NCBI GenBank assembly: GCA_001783595.1
Contig: MFMW01000005.1
Span: forward strand, 18,377 to 57,402
Reading direction: 5' to 3'
Length of the DNA stretch: 39,026 nt
Origin: Candidatus Kuenenbacteria bacterium RIFCSPHIGHO2_02_FULL_39_13
GTDB taxonomy: Bacteria > Patescibacteriota > Patescibacteriia > UBA2196 > GWA2-42-15
The notes beneath the pieces are model-generated. The model saw only the letters and a program-made list of their open reading frames with translations, was not told the origin of the DNA and made no database searches. The stretch's first letter is position 1; every line of letters begins with the position of its first letter. This document shows positions 35,180 to 39,026 of this stretch, in pieces. The translations under genes were made by a program, and so were the position numbers.

Positions 35180-35339
35180 TGGTAGCCCGTAGGGGAATCA
35201 AACCCCTTTTATCAGGATGACCCCTCACCTTTTACCGCCACGGGGAATTGAACCCCGGTTACCAGGATGAGAACCTGGCGTCCTAACCATTAGACGATAG
35301 CGGCAAAAGGTGAGGGGCTAATCATTAGACGAACGGGCC
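35180..35339 (-). pseudogene. Disrupted outer tRNA-Glu-like gene (5' part 35318-35339, 3' part 35180-35220)
   Basis: Acceptor stem GGCCCGT/ACGGGCT+ACCA and T stem intact; 12 nt of the D/anticodon arm replaced by a 97-nt insert; D-loop GG changed to GA, T-loop TTC to TTT. Confidence 0.8.
35233..35304 (-). tRNA. tRNA-Glu(CTC), no encoded CCA
   Basis: GCCGCTA TC GTCTAATGGTTAGGAC G CCAGG TTCTCAT CCTGG TAAC CGGGG TTCAATT CCCCG TGGCGGT A folds as a cloverleaf. Confidence 0.92.
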
Positions 35340-35342
35340 GAA

Positions 35343-36578
35343 TTACTTGAACATTAAAAGCTGTGGGTTAATGAGCATTATCACCCCCAGTATCAAAAGC
35401 AAAATGCCGCCGATTAAATGCGAATATTTTATATATTTATTACTGCTAATTAAAAGCTGCCAGGTAAATCCAGCTATCAAAAGCACCGCAATATCGTCCA
35501 GCATATAGAAAAAATCATAAGTCAGCAAATAGAGATAGTAGCCGATTTTAGATAAATTATTTTGTGACAGCACCTGCGTATAAACCGCGGGAATACCGGC
35601 TGAACAAAGCAATTCAATTAAATTAACGCTAAAGGCCACCAATGCCACGGCAATTATTATGGCCAAAACCGATTTTTTTTGTATGGCGCGTTCCAGTCTG
35701 GCAATTAGTTTATTTTTAGTCGTTGCTGAAGTTACTTCGCAAGTCAATGCCGCCTGCTTTCTTTTTTTATAAAAATCATTCAGAAAATATATGCCCACCC
35801 CGACAGCCAGAATTCCAATCAGAATTTTGACCGCTGCCAGATAACCGACAAATAAAAAAGTATTAAACCAAGCTGTTAAAAACAGGAAATATGATAGGCT
35901 AGAGGCAATGATAAAAGTGCTGCCCACCAGCCACAGCTTTTTCTTTGAGCCAGTATTAATTAAAAGCGTAATTAAAACAGCCAAAGCCCACATAGAGCAT
36001 GGATTAAAGCCGTCTAATGTGCCCAAGATCACTGTTAGCAAAGGCAATGACAAATTTTTCAAATTAATCTCGCCAATCAGCGGATATTTTATTTTTTCCC
36101 CTATTGGAGATGCTGGTATTGGTTCGCTGCCGCCAGTATTATCCATCTTGCTTTTTACAATATATATATCCAAGAGCTGTTTTATCTTGGCGCCGGTCGT
36201 ATCTTCACTGCTAAAACCGAGCACCAGTTCATCGCCAATCACAGTGACTGGCACAGAGCCAGTTGCTTGCCCGCTTTTTTCTTGTGTCACCTGCAGTAGC
36301 AGCTGATAGTTTGCCTTATCATTCCAAGTTTCAAAGTTTAACCAGTCAATTTCCGGATAATCGTCTTTTATTTTTTGCAAAAAAATTGCTTCGTCATGGC
36401 AATGCGGACAGCCATCTCCCCAGAAAAAATAGACCGGCAGTTTTTCACTTTTTTGCGCCAACTGCGCTTGGCTCTCATTGGGCGCGTTAAGAGCGGCTTG
36501 GGCAGTCCCTGTATTAAAAAATACTCCCACTGCCAATAGGATAGTTAAAAACAGGCTAAATATAACAATCTTTTTCAT
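35343..36578 (-). CDS. Thioredoxin/glutaredoxin-like domain fused to a DsbD/CcdA-like membrane domain
   Basis: Signal peptide, CPHC, SVP cis-Pro loop, TM region with DGFNPC and ELLC. Confidence 0.8.
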   Translation of the reverse strand: MKKIVIFSLFLTILLAVGVFFNTGTAQAALNAPNESQAQLAQKSEKLPVYFFWGDGCPHCHDEAIFLQKIKDDYPEIDWLNFETWNDKANYQLLLQVTQEKSGQATGSVPVTVIGDELVLGFSSEDTTGAKIKQLLDIYIVKSKMDNTGGSEPIPASPIGEKIKYPLIGEINLKNLSLPLLTVILGTLDGFNPCSMWALAVLITLLINTGSKKKLWLVGSTFIIASSLSYFLFLTAWFNTFLFVGYLAAVKILIGILAVGVGIYFLNDFYKKRKQAALTCEVTSATTKNKLIARLERAIQKKSVLAIIIAVALVAFSVNLIELLCSAGIPAVYTQVLSQNNLSKIGYYLYLLTYDFFYMLDDIAVLLIAGFTWQLLISSNKYIKYSHLIGGILLLILGVIMLINPQLLMFK

Positions 36579-36585
36579 GTAATTG

Positions 36586-36645
36586 ATTATAAACCAAAAA
36601 TTAATTCAGGTCAATTTTGACTAAAATCAGTTTTTTTTGTAAAAT
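36586..36645. promoter_or_regulatory. Divergent sigma70 promoters
   Basis: Minus TTGACC-N17-TATAAT (36586-36614); plus TTGACT-N17-TAAAAT (36617-36645). Confidence 0.65.
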
Positions 36646-36689
36646 AAGCAGTAACAAAGCTAATAATTTTTTAATTTAAAAAATTTAAC

Positions 36690-37280
36690 ATGAGCGCCTA
36701 TTACAATCTCAAGGCCATAATCTTAAAGCGTCAAGATTTTCGCGAAGATGATTTGCTCGTCACGGCATATTCGCGCGAAAAGGGTAAAGCCATTCTTCAG
36801 GCCAAGGGCGCTAAAAAGATATTAAGCAAGCTCGCCGGCCATTTGGAGCCGGTCTCTTTGTCTTATCTCAATGTGGTTGACGGCCGTTCCATTGACCAGC
36901 TCATTGGCGCGGAAATGCGCCAAAGTTACGGAAAAATAAAAACCAACCTCGCCAAACTTTCCCCGGCCGGCTGGTTTCTGAATTTGCTTGATCAGATGAC
37001 GATGGAAAATCATTCGGATCCGCGCATTTTTCAACTTACCCAAAAATACCTTGACTTTTTAGAGCAAGAGAGCAAAGATTACGAAATAGCTAAATTGGCG
37101 GTCGGGTTTAAGTTGCTGCATCTGTTAGGTTTGAATCCGGCCGCTAAAACTGAAGTTGAGCTTAAAGATGAGATAGGGTTTATTGTTAAAAACAATATTG
37201 AGGAGATTTATAAAAATAAAGAGATACAAATTAATCAGAATAAATTGGAAAAAATTTTGAATCAAGAAATACAAACATAA
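36690..37280 (+). CDS. recO: DNA repair protein RecO (short form)
   Basis: AIILKR.D.RE.D.LVT.YS...GK....AKGA.K..SKL.G.LEP. Confidence 0.88.
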   Translation: MSAYYNLKAIILKRQDFREDDLLVTAYSREKGKAILQAKGAKKILSKLAGHLEPVSLSYLNVVDGRSIDQLIGAEMRQSYGKIKTNLAKLSPAGWFLNLLDQMTMENHSDPRIFQLTQKYLDFLEQESKDYEIAKLAVGFKLLHLLGLNPAAKTEVELKDEIGFIVKNNIEEIYKNKEIQINQNKLEKILNQEIQT

Positions 37281-37282
37281 AT

Positions 37283-38437
37283 ATGTTTCATTCCTCATCC
37301 AGAACCCGAAAATCGTCAATCCGCAACAGGATTATCGCGACTCCGCACGGTAAAATCAGAACGCCGTTTTTTATGCCTGATGCCACGCAAGGCGCAGTCA
37401 AATTGATTGAAAGCGAAAAAATTAAAACCATTGGCGTGCCAGCCATGGTTGTGAATACTTTGCATCTTTATCTCCAGCCCGGCTTGAAAATTATTCAAAA
37501 GGCTGGCGGTATCCACCAATTTATGAATTGGCAAGGGCCTTTACTTTCAGATAGCGGGGGATACCAAGTGTTTTCTTTAATTTATAAAACCAAAGGCCGG
37601 GCGGGAAAAGTTTATGAAGATAAAGTAGTTTTTAGGTCGCCCATAGACGGCTCGCGGCACGAATTGACCCCGGAAAAATCCATTCAAATTCAATTCGCGC
37701 TTGGCACTGATATGATGGTCTGTCTGGACGATGTCCGGCCCAATGACACTGACCGGCGAGAGGCCGAAGCATCTGTTGAGCGGACGATTAAATGGGCGCG
37801 AAGGTGCAAGCGTGAATTTGAGAAACAAGTCAGAAGCCATAAGCCAAAAGTCAAAAGTTATCACCCGCCCCTGCTTTTTGGCGTGGTGCAGGGTGGTATT
37901 TTTCCTGATTTGCGGCGCGAATGCGCTAAAGAATTGGTGAAAATCGGTTTTGACGGCCTGGGCTATGGCGCCCGGCCGATTGATGAGAATGGAAAATTTT
38001 TAGAAGAAGTTTTAACCGCCACGACCGCAGCCATTCCGGAAAATTATTTGCGTTTTGCTCTGGGAGTCGGCACGCCGGAAGACGTTATTCGTTTCGCTCG
38101 GCTGGGCTGGGATATGTTTGACTGCGTCATTCCGACCCGGGAAGGCAGACATGGACGTTTATACCAAAGTCAAAAGTCAAAAATCCCTGCCTCGCCGGCA
38201 GGCAGGAAAAGTCAAAATTTTGGAAAAGATTTTTATAGAATTTTAAATATCACCAATGCGAAGTTTGCCATGGATTTTTCGCCAATCAATGCAGACAGCA
38301 AACTTCCGGAACTGCGCGAGCATTCCAAGGCCTATTTACACCATCTGTTCAAAGTCAGTGAACCACTGGGCCAACGCCTCGCCAGCTTGAATAATTTGGA
38401 GTTTTACAATAATTTGATACTAAAAATCGGCTCATGA
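37283..38437 (+). CDS. tgt: tRNA-guanine transglycosylase (divergent)
   Basis: TPHG.I.TP.FMP.AT, NT.HL, DSGGYQVFSL, FGVVQGG, DMFDCV.PTR, KAYLHHL. Confidence 0.92.
   Translation: MFHSSSRTRKSSIRNRIIATPHGKIRTPFFMPDATQGAVKLIESEKIKTIGVPAMVVNTLHLYLQPGLKIIQKAGGIHQFMNWQGPLLSDSGGYQVFSLIYKTKGRAGKVYEDKVVFRSPIDGSRHELTPEKSIQIQFALGTDMMVCLDDVRPNDTDRREAEASVERTIKWARRCKREFEKQVRSHKPKVKSYHPPLLFGVVQGGIFPDLRRECAKELVKIGFDGLGYGARPIDENGKFLEEVLTATTAAIPENYLRFALGVGTPEDVIRFARLGWDMFDCVIPTREGRHGRLYQSQKSKIPASPAGRKSQNFGKDFYRILNITNAKFAMDFSPINADSKLPELREHSKAYLHHLFKVSEPLGQRLASLNNLEFYNNLILKIGS
38186..38206. repeat. 21-nt in-frame palindrome inside a heptamer array in tgt
   Basis: CCTGCCT-CGCCGGC-AGGCAGG (PASPAGR) between AAAA(G/A)TC units. 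Confidence 0.75.
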
Positions 38438-38543
38438 AGATATGTGAGCCAATTTTTTTATCCACTTTTTCATTTGACCGCCGGGGATGGGTTATGATAT
38501 GTTTAAATTAACAAACGGGTCCCTAAAAAACAGGAGGTGGATT

Positions 38544-38669
38544 ATGTTGGTGCAGCTTATAACTTTAAGTTTGTGCCTATTGTTCCTCATCTCGATAATC
38601 GGAACACTAATTGAAACGATATTACACCCTCCCACCACCAAGAAAAAGGAAAACACAAATGGACAGTAG
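38544..38669 (+). CDS. 41-aa single-TM small protein
   Basis: AGGAGGT 5 nt before ATG; MLVQLITLSLCLLFLISIIGTLIETILHPPTTKKKENTNGQ. Confidence 0.5.
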   Translation: MLVQLITLSLCLLFLISIIGTLIETILHPPTTKKKENTNGQ

Positions 38670-38678
38670 GCCCAAAGA

Positions 38679-38726
38679 AAAAAGGGAACAACATCTAAAT
38701 GGATTTCCGATGTCTGTTCCCTTTTT
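38679..38726. terminator. Bidirectional terminator-like hairpin between the two small ORFs
   Basis: AAAAAGGGAACA-ACATC...GATGT-C-TGTTCCCTTTTT. Confidence 0.6.
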
Positions 38727-38744
38727 ATTTTTTTATTAGCACCC

Positions 38745-38810
38745 TCACATTTTGAGGGCGATAATAAAAAATAATAAAAACAAAAAAATTGAAATAACAA
38801 CCCAAATCAT
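38745..38810 (-). CDS. 21-aa hydrophobic peptide (putative)
   Basis: GAGGAGG 4 nt before ATG; MIWVVISIFLFLLFFIIALKM*. Confidence 0.4.
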   Translation of the reverse strand: MIWVVISIFLFLLFFIIALKM

Positions 38811-38828
38811 ATCTCCTCCTCTAAAAAT

Positions 38829-38857
38829 TTGACATAAAGTACGATTTTCCCTATACT
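38829..38857 (+). promoter_or_regulatory. Promoter of rplU
   Basis: TTGACA-N17-TATACT. Confidence 0.75.
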
Positions 38858-38887
38858 ACTTCTTAATATCCTTAATCTAACCATATT

Positions 38888-39026
38888 ATGCTAAAAATTG
38901 CAATTATCAAGACTGGCGGCAAGCAGTATATTGTCAAAGAAAAAGATATTTTGAAAGTGGAAAAACTCAAGGCCAATGCCGGCGACGAGCTTGATTTGGA
39001 AACCTTGCTTTTGGCCAATGAAGACG
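38888..39026 (+). CDS. rplU: 50S ribosomal protein L21, 5' part (runs off the window)
   Basis: Manual translation MLKIAIIKTGGKQYIVKEKDILKVEKL... Confidence 0.93.
   Translation, partial: MLKIAIIKTGGKQYIVKEKDILKVEKLKANAGDELDLETLLLANED

Noticed and set aside
35221-35317. Spliceable tRNA intron
   Set aside because: Removing the insert leaves the outer tRNA 12 nt short, without the 5' anticodon strand, and with damaged D and T loops; there is no group I core.
35180-35339. Prophage or island attL/attR duplication
   Set aside because: No integrase nearby; the two tRNAs differ in their acceptor stems and are nested, not direct repeats around cargo.
150-38800. Numerous antisense or nested ORFs in the track (e.g. 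150-491, 4918-5436, 12044-12391, 12689-13096, 21808-22176, 35908-36306, 38492-38800)
   Set aside because: Shadow frames of well-supported genes, with no recognisable motifs.
1-39026. Alternative genetic code (TGA = Gly)
   Set aside because: Conserved genes are full length under the standard code, and TGA ends eno, tgt and the pseudouridine synthase at expected positions.

Overview
AT-rich bacterial chromosome segment read with the standard bacterial code. Its traits point to a Patescibacteria (CPR, Parcubacteria-like) genome, which is an inference: start codons almost never have a Shine-Dalgarno site, several genes look leaderless, and the window has type IV pilus genes, lower-glycolysis genes and orphan PEP-utiliser-domain proteins. 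Housekeeping genes: rpmA, pilM/N/O plus a PilX-like gene, pgk, eno, gpmI, manC, mltG, L10 leader-rplJ-rplL, a pseudouridine synthase, thyA and DHFR, three GT4 glycosyltransferases, murF, recO, tgt and the start of rplU. Accessory genes: an [FeFe]-hydrogenase operon (NuoF-like subunit, HydA and an ECF S-component-like protein, with no maturase in the window), DUF4258/DUF2283 and MNT/HEPN toxin-antitoxin-like pairs, and a DUF559 nuclease. The most unusual items are (1) an intact tRNA-Glu(CTC) bracketed by a perfect 13-bp inverted repeat and sitting inside a broken second tRNA-Glu, (2) a four-helix-bundle (23S rRNA IVS protein-like) gene enclosed exactly by 37-nt inverted heptamer arms inside the pil operon, with the same heptamer recurring elsewhere, (3) the hydrogenase-plus-S-component operon, (4) many small palindromic or heptamer elements, some in frame inside genes, plus a REP-filled MITE, (5) a TGT that lacks its zinc ligands and has a queuine-type pocket residue, and (6) two tiny convergent hydrophobic ORFs with strong SD sites. 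All family assignments come from motif recognition by eye, not from database searches.
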